From positions 1 through 64,000 of the IMG/VR virus record IMGVR_UViG_3300031251_000003: a stretch of 64,000 nt of DNA; one strand, 5' to 3'. Below, one piece after another: positions 30,201 to 38,386 of the stretch. A model generated the notes under the pieces. That model had not been told where the DNA came from. It did no database searches and saw only the letters and a program-made list of their open reading frames with translations. Made by a program: the position numbers and the translations under genes. Position 1 is the stretch's first letter, and each line of letters starts with the position of its first letter. Source of the DNA: a virus.

Positions 30201-33200
30201 ACAAGGACGACTCGTGGTATGGTAAAGTAGCTATGCCAGGTGGAGGCTATTGTTATCTCTGTTACAATGATCCAAAGATAAAGAATAAGCAAGGTATGCA
30301 TCCCGTCACTCATTGGGATTGGGTCATCGATGAACTTCACCCAGATCCTAAGCCGTCTCAGATCGGTCTATGTGATATGCATCACTGGATTCTACAGACC
30401 GAAGGTATCGATGGGTGGAAGCAGATCTTCCCTCTACGTAGACAGCCTGTTATGTCGAGCACTATCGTTGAGGTTCGCACATTAGGTAGTGCCGAGGAAG
30501 ATGTAGCTGATTCGCGGCCTATCATCTACGATCCAGAGACTGACACAATCTACATCGGCGGATATGGTGGCTATCATAGCGAACTAATGGATAGTGAAGA
30601 GATGGGCGGCAAGAACTGGCGAGGTATGGCCTTTGGTAGATTCTCTGGGTTTGATCATTTCAAGTGGTACATGAATCAGGATAGAATTCCTGATCTAGCT
30701 AACGTTGAGGAACAGATCCAGGCAGAGGCTCGTGTTCATTCTAATCTAGCGGAACAAATGGGATGGACGATTGAGGATTTAGGGCCAAGCGACCATAGCC
30801 ACGAATTACTACAATGGGATGTCGATCAAGACAGACTGGCTTGGGTCGCAGATCTAACTACCAAAACGATCTATATCGGTGAAGGTTGGATGCACCGGGA
30901 GATCTTCAAGCGAATGCTTAACATGAATATTGAACACGCCGGTGATATGAGTTTCAGCGGACTTGATGTGGATGATATCGCCGCTGGTTCCACAATGGAA
31001 GACGATCCTTCTAAGATGGAGTTCTATGAATGGGGAAAGAATTGGGATCAGTATGAACTCAATGAATTACGTGAGATCCTTCAAGATTACATAACTGATG
31101 ATCATATCAAGACAGCCGTGGAATTAGACAAGACTGAAGCTGGATGGCCCTCTGGATATGAGTGGTACACTAGCTGGTTGTATGTTCCCGATACTGGTCA
31201 GCTACTCATTAAGAACAAGCGTGATGTCAATCACACTATGTTGATTGTAGAAGAACCACAGTTAATGCAGGAGATTCGCGAAGGAGTGGAGATTGTACCT
31301 GGCTTGATTCTTAAAAACAATCATAATCAGTATGGGATACTATCGATGTACTCGGATAAATGGGATGGAAGTAATATCTTACATCCTGGGGCCAATGAGG
31401 AAGCAGTCAAGGCTGTTCAGGATTGGGCAGCAGCGAATACTCATTGGGGTGATTTACCTGTCGTAAACACCGAGGATTCACGCATTAGCTCATTCAATCA
31501 TATCAACTATGTCAATGTACCAGAATTCAATTACCACGGTGATGGAGTCCCCTGGATTCTATTGAATAATGGTGATATCTACATGGCTACCGAATCATGT
31601 TTTCACAGAGAATTGATTTGGGCAATAGACCCAGATGATAACTATAAAAATATAAGTTCAAATATAGCAGCGGCTGGTCGTGTAGAGAATGGGGTAGTGA
31701 AGACCTATTGGGGGCCGGATAGAGCCAATGTAAGTAATGAGGTATTACGTGCGCTCAAAGAAGGAGCATTGAATGAAGATGAACGAGGTAAGATAGCTAC
31801 AGTGGTAGATGACTTGAGTAGTCAATTCCCGGCGTCGGCATCAGAAGCTGAAGAACCATGGTCATACTGGAAGTATATTTATGACAATGATACAGATACC
31901 CTGCACGTATGGAAAACCAAGTATGAGGATGGTGATCCTATACATGCGGCAGCCTTCCGTGAGATCTTTGGCCCGGATACTTACAATCATAATTTCAGAA
32001 ATAGTGAAGCACGCTTTGCATGGGGGCATGGTTATGAAAATGGTTATGAGCTTTATGGTCATCACAGTACTCCCGATGTAAACGCTCATGCTGAAGCAGC
32101 CCTAGCTTACTTCATCAATAGTTTTCAGCAAGAGACTAGCAAGACGGCTGGTGAGTATACTCCCATGGTCAAGGGTATCCGTGGTCGATGGATCTTACTC
32201 CACGATGGAACTGTGTTGAGTGACGATGATCCAGGGACGATACACGCTCAGATTCTATTAGACAATGGAGCAACACCGGATCAGATAAAGGATATTGGAT
32301 TCGATGATGTCAGTCTGCGGAAGTACATTGATAACTATTACACATTCTATAACAATGTAAAGCAGGATCAAGAGCGCCAGCGTAATAGCTCAACTGATCA
32401 GTGGGACAACATCCAGCCTGTCGATGATTCTTGTTACCTCGTTGCTGCTGATCTCTCTCATGAGTACCCAGAATTGCATTATGAAGCTGGTCAATATGGT
32501 GATCAGGGCGAACATGCGTGGCTACGAATGGATGATGGAACAATCATTGATCCTACTCACGGTCAGTATGATGAGAGCAAGCCGATGAATATTGTCAAGC
32601 CCAATGATCCAGCCCAGAAACTGTATAAGTCGTGGGCTACTAATCCTAACATGACTACTGATTGGAATAATTACCCAGAAGAGTTTATGGATGATCCCGA
32701 TGATCCATTACACTGGTTATTTAGAGGAAAGCCAGGTCATCCTCATTCTGGCCCCGATGAGTTTGATGGAGCAATGGCTCCCAAGACGGCAGGCTGGGAA
32801 CAACAGCAGCTTAACCCCGACGCTCAGTATATATGGGTAAGAGGTAATAAAACCACAGTAGCGGCACCAACATGGTACTCTCATGGCTCATTGATCCAGT
32901 GGCTTCGAGATCATAATGAAGAACCATTATCCACGGGCAATATGTCATTGGGTAAGGACTTACCCGCTAATACTGTCGTGCTTCTATGGGAGGATGATGA
33001 GACAGGTGATAAATACTCAAAGGCAAGCTCAACTGTCACGGTACGAGATGATCCTCATCCCAAGAGCTTTATCTGGACATACGATGTGAACAAGGATCAT
33101 TTCACGGTAGGCAATCGTGACTGGTATCACACACGCTACTGGCCATCTACTGATGGTGGTGTAGTGTGCGGTGGTGTGAATCCCGATGGAGTGTGGAGCT

Positions 33201-36200
33201 ATGATGACTCCACCAATAAGACTACACCATCCGAAGCGAAAGCATTGATGCAGAATCTATTGGATCAAGGACTTCAAGAACAACTAACCAACAAAACGAG
33301 CGCTGTGGTTCCCAATCCTACAGAACCGTGGAATGATCCAGCATGGTTGAAGCAATGGCAGGATAGAGAGGACGAAGGAGGATTCTATGGTGATCATCGT
33401 GAGATCGCTAATCCTTATATCCCGTTCTTGGTCATGGAAGATGGCAGAACCTGGATAGGCTGGGACTATGCTTCACATGCATATGAATGGATGGTCGATG
33501 AAGCAGAAGAAGAGTTGAATATTGATTACAATGCAATGAAGGATTCACAAGGATCTATCAACTTCGCGGATCAAGAGTATGAAGTTCACTGGCCCAATCA
33601 TGGATTGCATAGAGAGCTAGAACAACAGATCGTAACCGAGATAGTCAATGATGTAGAGGATGAACGCAAGCGGGCATTCGAACGGGGTAGATTGGATGAC
33701 AAGACAGCATGGGTAAAGACGGCGACACGAGTGGACGTATCTAATCCCGAGGATCTAACACAATGGCGCTGTGGTTTATGGGTATACGATGAGAAACAGG
33801 ATCACTTGGTCTTGGCCCCGTATTTCTCACACTATCCGTTTCATGCCAAGCTGATCCGAGACTACATGTGGGACTTCGAACCCAATGATCGAGACTATGA
33901 GGCTCTAGTAGCTGGACAATGGTGGCTCAGAAACAACGACTTGGTTGTGGCCGAAATATACCCGGATGATAATGAAATTGAAGGGCCAATGAAAGATATG
34001 ATCGAGGGCTACATTAGTGAACATCTACAGACAGAGACAACGGCTGGATTGAATGGTGATCTACCCGACAACCTGCGGAACATTCCTTTAACAGAGAACG
34101 AAGGATGGTGGGGAACATACATCACCGATGTACCCGTGAGTACCGATAGACTGAGTAGAGATGTACTAACGACTTCCCCCACTCCACTCTCCAGACGTGA
34201 TGAGCAACTGACTCACAGGAATTCGGCATATATAAACACACATGAAAGTCAAGGCTTGACATACACTTCAAGTTATGCATCGGATCCAACAACCCCGCAT
34301 GAATACACAAGTAATATAACATCTGCCCTAGGGCTAGACACCATGCGGCACACTAACACCCCTATAGGCAAGTACCCCCACCAAGGTTGCCCCTCTAGGG
34401 TACCCCCGTGGCATAAAAGAGAGTACCTTTCCGCAAATGGAGAGGTTCCAGAGGTCGAGGACACAGGGGCAAGAACCGCAAGTGATACCCCTTGGTGGGT
34501 AGTGGCAGAGCCAGGGGAGGAACCGAACCAAATAGCATGGGTGGCGGATCTGAACACAAGAACGGTCTATGTAGGCGAATGGCATGGAGAGATCTTCAAG
34601 TCCCTCATGGGCCTCAACTACGATCACACAACGGATGAACAAGCGGAAGAAACACCCAATCTTGCCACGGGAAGAAGCTGGACACAGTTCTACGGAACCG
34701 AAATGAGCAGGGAACAAATAAAAGAGATGCTTCAAGCCATCCACGATTACTACGAACAAAGAGCCTACCATTTTTCTACAGATATTTTCCCCAGGGTTGA
34801 GGACATCCAGGCTTCCCCTAACAGCAAGTTAACGGCTCTATTCGAGGATATCAACGGTACGACGGCCTTTGCATGGAGTCCCGAACAACTCATTCAGGGC
34901 CACAATCATCGTTTCATTATCATGAAGATCCGAGATCAGGGGCTGGATCCCAATGACTTCACCTACGGATGGAAGAATGGAGATCACTTCTATATCCATT
35001 CATGGGATCATCAGGACTTCCAGGCCGAACATCAGATACTTGAGTGCAAGAAGGCTTTAGAGGCGATGGGACTCCACGATGAGGATGGGCCTTCCTTCCA
35101 GGACACTGGTAAGGTCACCGGTACACTTGAGCAACAGATTCACCCAGGTTGGGGAGGACAATCGCTTATCTATTTCCGGGGAAAACAGTATAGCGCCCCG
35201 ACTCATGCCCAGAATTTCAGAAAGCTTATTGGCGATGGAGCCTCATCGGAAGAGATCCTCCATGAAGGTATCCCCGGTGCCCGTTACTTGGATCCAGGTG
35301 CACAGAGACGTATAGGGAAAGTGGCGGCAATAAACGAAATTCCAGTAGAAACAGCGGGGATGCATCCATGGGGAGATGAACCCTTTATCTACTATGCACC
35401 GACCAATACTGTGTATGTTGCAACAAAATCGGGAAGGCATGGAGACATCATGCGCTGGATACAGGATCACGACCCGGAAACGTTCGCCCTGATTACCGAT
35501 AGGAGCACGGGATTGGACGCTTTCAAGAATATCTTCTATGGAGAATTCGTTCCTTTACATGAATGGAGGGGAGAAGTGGAGTCCGGGGAGATAGATTACT
35601 TCACCGCGAGCGGTTCAAGGTTGACATCCGATGAGGTACCGGAGGAACTCAAGCAATGGGCCGAAGCCCGTTGGGGCAATGTCACATCCAAAGTAATAGA
35701 GTCTCATCCGAGTCTCCATATCGTGGACGTAGATAACTACAGTAGTAGGATTGAAGGGCTTGAGCGTCCTGTATTACAACGGGAAGGCGATTCTAATCTC
35801 TATGTTGGACTGTATGGTGGAGGGCATTGGGATCTAGCTAGTGTCGCTGGTATTCCTTTTGATAATATTTTAACACAAGGATGGATCGATGAAAGTGGAG
35901 AGTTTAACGCTTATTCGATAACCACAGAGGCTTACGATACACTGGAAAATGCAGGATATAACCCAGTCAGTAAAAATTGGGAAAGAACAATCGAAGATAA
36001 AGTAGAGTCTCATTTATCGGGTATCCAACTCACCCAACCCAATGAACCAAGGGATATTGATAATCCCGGTGTTAGGTGGATAAAGACCCAGGATGGAACC
36101 TACTACACCGATGAAGAGGAACCGGTCATGACTCATGCCCATCTAGTTCACCGCTACAAGATTCCCTTGGATAAGATAGTCGATGTAGGCGTGGACGATG

Positions 36201-38386
36201 ATAGCCTCTGGAAATACTATAGCGGTTGGTATCAGAACCATCTACCCACAGACTTTATAGAGTCTCATAAAACAGCTACTCAACTAATACCCATTGATTT
36301 GGACGATTCATCTTGGCATTCCGAACCCGCTTGGATCTATGATCCTAATAAGGATCTTCTTTACGTTTCTACCGGAGCCAGTCACCACGCAAGACTTTTC
36401 CATAGTATCCTTGGAGATGACTACGGAGACACAGATGCGATGAAGACCGGTTGGATCGATCTGGATAACAACTATGTAGCCTTTGTTGACGAGGATGAAG
36501 AATCGGCATTCGCGAACAATATCACGGCCATATTCTCTCGTTATTACGATAGGGAAATGAAGCCCATTGATGGAAATACTTGGATGGCCAAGTATGGATC
36601 AATAGAGTCTCATAAACAGGGTGCCAACATAGGGGAACCTGACCCGAACAATCAAGGGAAGTTCATGGAAGGCAGTCAGCCATTTATTTACTACAATGGC
36701 GATTTCTATTGGGGTAAGGGCGCTGAACACCATCCCGATATTCTACGAACTAACATGCTTTATGGTAAGACTCCATTATTAGCTGGTTGGGTTAACTTTC
36801 GCAAGAAAGAAATCGGTCTATGGTCGGGGAACGTTACACAGGATCGTACCATCGAAGATGAGGTAGCCCGACAACTACAAGAGCAGTTCCCGGATTTCGC
36901 TATAGATAAAGGCTTTCGTTTAGGGGCGGTAACCTCTTGGAAGATCGAGGTTCTCCCCGAATCGACTGGACGGAGAATAGATGACAGAGTAGCCTGGGTA
37001 GCAGATCAGGATTCTCATACAATCTATATCGGGGATGGTTGGTTCCATGGAGATATCTTCAAGCAGATTGGAGAATTAAATGTTGATCATGCCGGAGATT
37101 TACATTGGAGACAAGACAAAACATCAGCATTATTGGCAGGAAGTATCTGGAAGAATAACATCTTACTCTACGGAAAATCGGGTGAATGGAACCCGTCTGA
37201 TGAGGCAGAAGTCTACGACACTATAAAGGACTGGTATCGGGAAGAAAGGAGCGAAGATGTGTCCACCCATCAGCTTCCAAATGTCCACGCAATGTACCAA
37301 CAAAGTCGAGTGATGGATATCGATGATCCGATCAACGGTAGACCACAAGAAAAGCCCTTCAGTTTCATCTACTACAACGGCGATGTATTCGTTGGATACC
37401 TCCACACTCACCCGATGCTTGTCTCCGATATGGCGGGTATGGGAATTAAGATATTAGATAAAGCCAACACAGCGGCGGGTTGGGTAGATACAGCTAATCG
37501 AGTAGGTATGTTCTACTCCTTTGAACAGCAATGGCTAAATCGTAGTAGTGAAGAAATCCAGCAGATTCAAGCCAACGAAGAAGATGCCAAGAGGCAGTTG
37601 GAGTCATGGGTACCGGGATTGGAATGGGTAAACCCCAATGATTATCTCAGACGAACCACAGCAACAGAGTGGAACTACCAGAGTGCTTTCTGGTATAGCC
37701 CTAGAACGGGACTACTCACAGGTAAAGCTGCCCACTGGCAGCTAATCGGGGATGCTCTAGCTAATCTCCCCTACGAAGAACGAGAAACTATAATGCAGCA
37801 TTCTTACTTGGGTTGGATCTTCGAGTCCGAGGGAGGCAAAGAGAAGGTAGCCGTTCCTGCATCAGTGGAACACAACCTTGACCCTACTCTTGAAGAAGAG
37901 GCTAGAGAGGCTTTGAAACAAGAGGGAATCACCCTAGGTGATCCACAACCGGGGATGTTCCAGTTCGATAGCGAAGATTATCCCGCTGAAGACTATCATC
38001 TTGGACGTTTAGCAACTGAAGTAGTCGATATTCCCGAAGTTGAAGAGGAAGACTATCAAGAAAGAACCCGTAGGAAGCCTTTTGTCTACAGTCCGAGGGA
38101 AGATAAGCTCTATATTGGCCCTTATGGGAGTCATCATGTGGAATTAATCTGGAAAGCATTCGGAATGAATGATGATCCTTCGACCCCTGGTTTCGACGCC
38201 AGAGAGGAAATAGCGATGAATATCGAGGACGATCCGGGCAATCTTGGGGTTATTTTGGTAGATCAGGTCACAAATGCACCATATTTAGTACATTGTTTCG
38301 GTGATCCGAGCGATAAATGCCTCGAAGCCTTGCGTTCTACCTTCCCCGGTGTTAGAATAGAAGACGAGAACTGTGAGGTTATCTAA
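24248..38386 (+). CDS. giant (~4,700 aa) modular polyprotein: ~37 His-containing repeat modules, 2 transglutaminase/papain-like domains, HNH nuclease, zinc finger
   Basis: Uninterrupted 14-kb ORF (ATG 24248; TTG 24233 alternative); repeated (P)F/W-I-Y-x-P-x-x-D-x-L-Y-I/V-G...H-x-x-L/I...G-W/R-I modules separated mostly by K/R-x-A. Confidence 0.9.
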   Translation: MQQKKQAIHEDLINQIRDNLTPDLLKPEFRDQPFPVGHCYVSSEALYHLLGGRESGLRPMRLRMPDGVVHWWLETPEGEVIDPTHDQFGESVPYEQGKSGGFLTREPSRRATELMNRISSTESDELAHNLMDELAWVSKERGGLDKSNFLGDDSPERATPYVILNNQMYVAPRQYHYDLADYLEKKNGFTREQLRDGYWGWIRPNENTSFEHSDMLKDNNWHDPEMVKRLYPSAIDITKAPVDDAPSDPLKGYEQRRSSSWKESVNAQGWIYDPATDKFITGNTWHGGLLEQLFDKPWPYIDRSELDKLVYGWFGHPASGKDPVAIYSDNFGSTATEEQKQRGLQLAKEYYEENAAQNIESKVAFETEPDPPDPGHYVVTFVYYADGTLETEVDRSHAHMINEYIAQHGYDRREFMLNMMPVLGWVFSIDNQLYAVFASQGYNVQNNTLESEREETLVALSKRFDKPVRETDYQEWMANQQWEAIVGESSVQKTAFDQAFVYANDHLYVANKPHPAIMRANGIDPSTPLVAGIIKDTPTGDGPLWMTFFSWSQNFDDPELQDRARQAIEHEYGKFPTEVSYDDMVKIDNEIGQHRNEMRPQADNRMNERWDDHEKACPFVWMNGMVWIGDELSGHNGFATDRPDMYAEWSRLMNESEHTTWSRDQRDALMWFGRVFPDGEVVAWNDQPVPENIQNDIRNEAQKQGFEMMSAALPHIYVVNTGDSYHQSGLPFIYVPDNDAIYLGETMAPHIELIKNNEDLNGYVRPEEYTTGNGYLAGRIDRNGDVLFFNVPGSVYNPQTEQTVLTTLKSQWPAIQDLDGLQEEDDDPINNWPGSHTYPVHSIISKLANEEPEIIVDPSVNNSHIPDFNQMEVIYIYDPGTNKLVISRGLHAAAIQQYFGGPRPEDRQYGNMIAGYGSLDAGWVCVTGDLLRNDWVTEQVDRVLENISSSDHVASVRLIDIPVTGQQYDWAWNNGQRPILYHAPSDTLYVGTRNRHHGELIRQIYNQGQAEADDWDTLQNNKDYLLGSGLPSGETKWFTMRDSERNALIPQANQQWQDYFTHRTAEVQVQNPVSYNYVPLTPNELTAFDSLDERKQTTYYRQAQRLNARAEKAGVPGKIRGRDLAALMYRYDGRCAYDGTPGADSFDHVIPLSRGGSNTVDNLLPAHTQCNAELNDWDQKLTPIPTAITLSPDWLNVPAVAKVATVVKELLFTDDDVDERDGDRHWAKWFYYAPTDTLYWWPTTSENDGMPSHAQGIKEAFPEEDWLEMWDSGDLTFGYKTPDQLYAYDFNDRYPEKDIHAAQIASEFFDMPTNLSPERFASSNNIQFVDTEGGMYHGMGFPFLYDIRDDILYFGTTSTYHVQLLQDMQANDQDYYDDYKGNTKPLVGGRYNPEENPPDRIYLYNYRNDPIVSNRIRELVNEAIQTPEFQQIYENDSHHMSAWNPGDTAWVYDPETKQLHSGQYHGEIIRSMNLPRDYNWDQFVYGWYPRTDEEFTDSYIAPESVDHPDEQEALVAAQREFANRTARTAGVVYLDVPSTGFGGMNPEDTYPAIYDPEVDTLYVGTLPETSHAELIRNSPLGHMMNDKGHGYNMDHLGFAWIYPTQDPHDPGYEAVSWTAAIPSKLLQEAVKGLRTGKTSERKEDEAHEQLQLDTKVAESQWIMSGFYWPDNNAVDISMPGQGHTGLMAEQEYTSEFMRKQNWVPFQVFHDSRDKFYYVVVGSDWVNGGSYDLPPEGEEAIREQIQVNTDEPVYFEGDMVTSKVASSVEYVHVPEDLRREWEPDSIRGNARPWLLVNDTYYIGSLGTGHAELVYAGNLRDESIDYSDTGVITDASELLDIYGYRSYPIQGSKFFVIPFNDEALAEELARLMIDHTDEMIKSTKTALQNHIPNPGYTEWDSRAGRYAWVLLSDGRILFSKEGGSHQSIAVDHEFGREYDSFGKGTTYGQLFDKNGEIEVEIFTFTGGGSNQPPEEIKEKVKAAFMDHKDDSWYGKVAMPGGGYCYLCYNDPKIKNKQGMHPVTHWDWVIDELHPDPKPSQIGLCDMHHWILQTEGIDGWKQIFPLRRQPVMSSTIVEVRTLGSAEEDVADSRPIIYDPETDTIYIGGYGGYHSELMDSEEMGGKNWRGMAFGRFSGFDHFKWYMNQDRIPDLANVEEQIQAEARVHSNLAEQMGWTIEDLGPSDHSHELLQWDVDQDRLAWVADLTTKTIYIGEGWMHREIFKRMLNMNIEHAGDMSFSGLDVDDIAAGSTMEDDPSKMEFYEWGKNWDQYELNELREILQDYITDDHIKTAVELDKTEAGWPSGYEWYTSWLYVPDTGQLLIKNKRDVNHTMLIVEEPQLMQEIREGVEIVPGLILKNNHNQYGILSMYSDKWDGSNILHPGANEEAVKAVQDWAAANTHWGDLPVVNTEDSRISSFNHINYVNVPEFNYHGDGVPWILLNNGDIYMATESCFHRELIWAIDPDDNYKNISSNIAAAGRVENGVVKTYWGPDRANVSNEVLRALKEGALNEDERGKIATVVDDLSSQFPASASEAEEPWSYWKYIYDNDTDTLHVWKTKYEDGDPIHAAAFREIFGPDTYNHNFRNSEARFAWGHGYENGYELYGHHSTPDVNAHAEAALAYFINSFQQETSKTAGEYTPMVKGIRGRWILLHDGTVLSDDDPGTIHAQILLDNGATPDQIKDIGFDDVSLRKYIDNYYTFYNNVKQDQERQRNSSTDQWDNIQPVDDSCYLVAADLSHEYPELHYEAGQYGDQGEHAWLRMDDGTIIDPTHGQYDESKPMNIVKPNDPAQKLYKSWATNPNMTTDWNNYPEEFMDDPDDPLHWLFRGKPGHPHSGPDEFDGAMAPKTAGWEQQQLNPDAQYIWVRGNKTTVAAPTWYSHGSLIQWLRDHNEEPLSTGNMSLGKDLPANTVVLLWEDDETGDKYSKASSTVTVRDDPHPKSFIWTYDVNKDHFTVGNRDWYHTRYWPSTDGGVVCGGVNPDGVWSYDDSTNKTTPSEAKALMQNLLDQGLQEQLTNKTSAVVPNPTEPWNDPAWLKQWQDREDEGGFYGDHREIANPYIPFLVMEDGRTWIGWDYASHAYEWMVDEAEEELNIDYNAMKDSQGSINFADQEYEVHWPNHGLHRELEQQIVTEIVNDVEDERKRAFERGRLDDKTAWVKTATRVDVSNPEDLTQWRCGLWVYDEKQDHLVLAPYFSHYPFHAKLIRDYMWDFEPNDRDYEALVAGQWWLRNNDLVVAEIYPDDNEIEGPMKDMIEGYISEHLQTETTAGLNGDLPDNLRNIPLTENEGWWGTYITDVPVSTDRLSRDVLTTSPTPLSRRDEQLTHRNSAYINTHESQGLTYTSSYASDPTTPHEYTSNITSALGLDTMRHTNTPIGKYPHQGCPSRVPPWHKREYLSANGEVPEVEDTGARTASDTPWWVVAEPGEEPNQIAWVADLNTRTVYVGEWHGEIFKSLMGLNYDHTTDEQAEETPNLATGRSWTQFYGTEMSREQIKEMLQAIHDYYEQRAYHFSTDIFPRVEDIQASPNSKLTALFEDINGTTAFAWSPEQLIQGHNHRFIIMKIRDQGLDPNDFTYGWKNGDHFYIHSWDHQDFQAEHQILECKKALEAMGLHDEDGPSFQDTGKVTGTLEQQIHPGWGGQSLIYFRGKQYSAPTHAQNFRKLIGDGASSEEILHEGIPGARYLDPGAQRRIGKVAAINEIPVETAGMHPWGDEPFIYYAPTNTVYVATKSGRHGDIMRWIQDHDPETFALITDRSTGLDAFKNIFYGEFVPLHEWRGEVESGEIDYFTASGSRLTSDEVPEELKQWAEARWGNVTSKVIESHPSLHIVDVDNYSSRIEGLERPVLQREGDSNLYVGLYGGGHWDLASVAGIPFDNILTQGWIDESGEFNAYSITTEAYDTLENAGYNPVSKNWERTIEDKVESHLSGIQLTQPNEPRDIDNPGVRWIKTQDGTYYTDEEEPVMTHAHLVHRYKIPLDKIVDVGVDDDSLWKYYSGWYQNHLPTDFIESHKTATQLIPIDLDDSSWHSEPAWIYDPNKDLLYVSTGASHHARLFHSILGDDYGDTDAMKTGWIDLDNNYVAFVDEDEESAFANNITAIFSRYYDREMKPIDGNTWMAKYGSIESHKQGANIGEPDPNNQGKFMEGSQPFIYYNGDFYWGKGAEHHPDILRTNMLYGKTPLLAGWVNFRKKEIGLWSGNVTQDRTIEDEVARQLQEQFPDFAIDKGFRLGAVTSWKIEVLPESTGRRIDDRVAWVADQDSHTIYIGDGWFHGDIFKQIGELNVDHAGDLHWRQDKTSALLAGSIWKNNILLYGKSGEWNPSDEAEVYDTIKDWYREERSEDVSTHQLPNVHAMYQQSRVMDIDDPINGRPQEKPFSFIYYNGDVFVGYLHTHPMLVSDMAGMGIKILDKANTAAGWVDTANRVGMFYSFEQQWLNRSSEEIQQIQANEEDAKRQLESWVPGLEWVNPNDYLRRTTATEWNYQSAFWYSPRTGLLTGKAAHWQLIGDALANLPYEERETIMQHSYLGWIFESEGGKEKVAVPASVEHNLDPTLEEEAREALKQEGITLGDPQPGMFQFDSEDYPAEDYHLGRLATEVVDIPEVEEEDYQERTRRKPFVYSPREDKLYIGPYGSHHVELIWKAFGMNDDPSTPGFDAREEIAMNIEDDPGNLGVILVDQVTNAPYLVHCFGDPSDKCLEALRSTFPGVRIEDENCEVI
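35697..36613 (+). repeat. four identical 11-bp repeats TAGAGTCTCAT (35697, 36003, 36258, 36603) at module junctions
   Basis: Read directly; encode I/V-E-S-H. Confidence 0.8.

Noticed and set aside
24248-38386. Giant ORF as tape-measure protein, RNA polymerase or DGR target
   Set aside because: Not helical/Ala-rich, no DxDGD polymerase motif noticed, no reverse transcriptase or adenine-specific repeat pair seen in the window.
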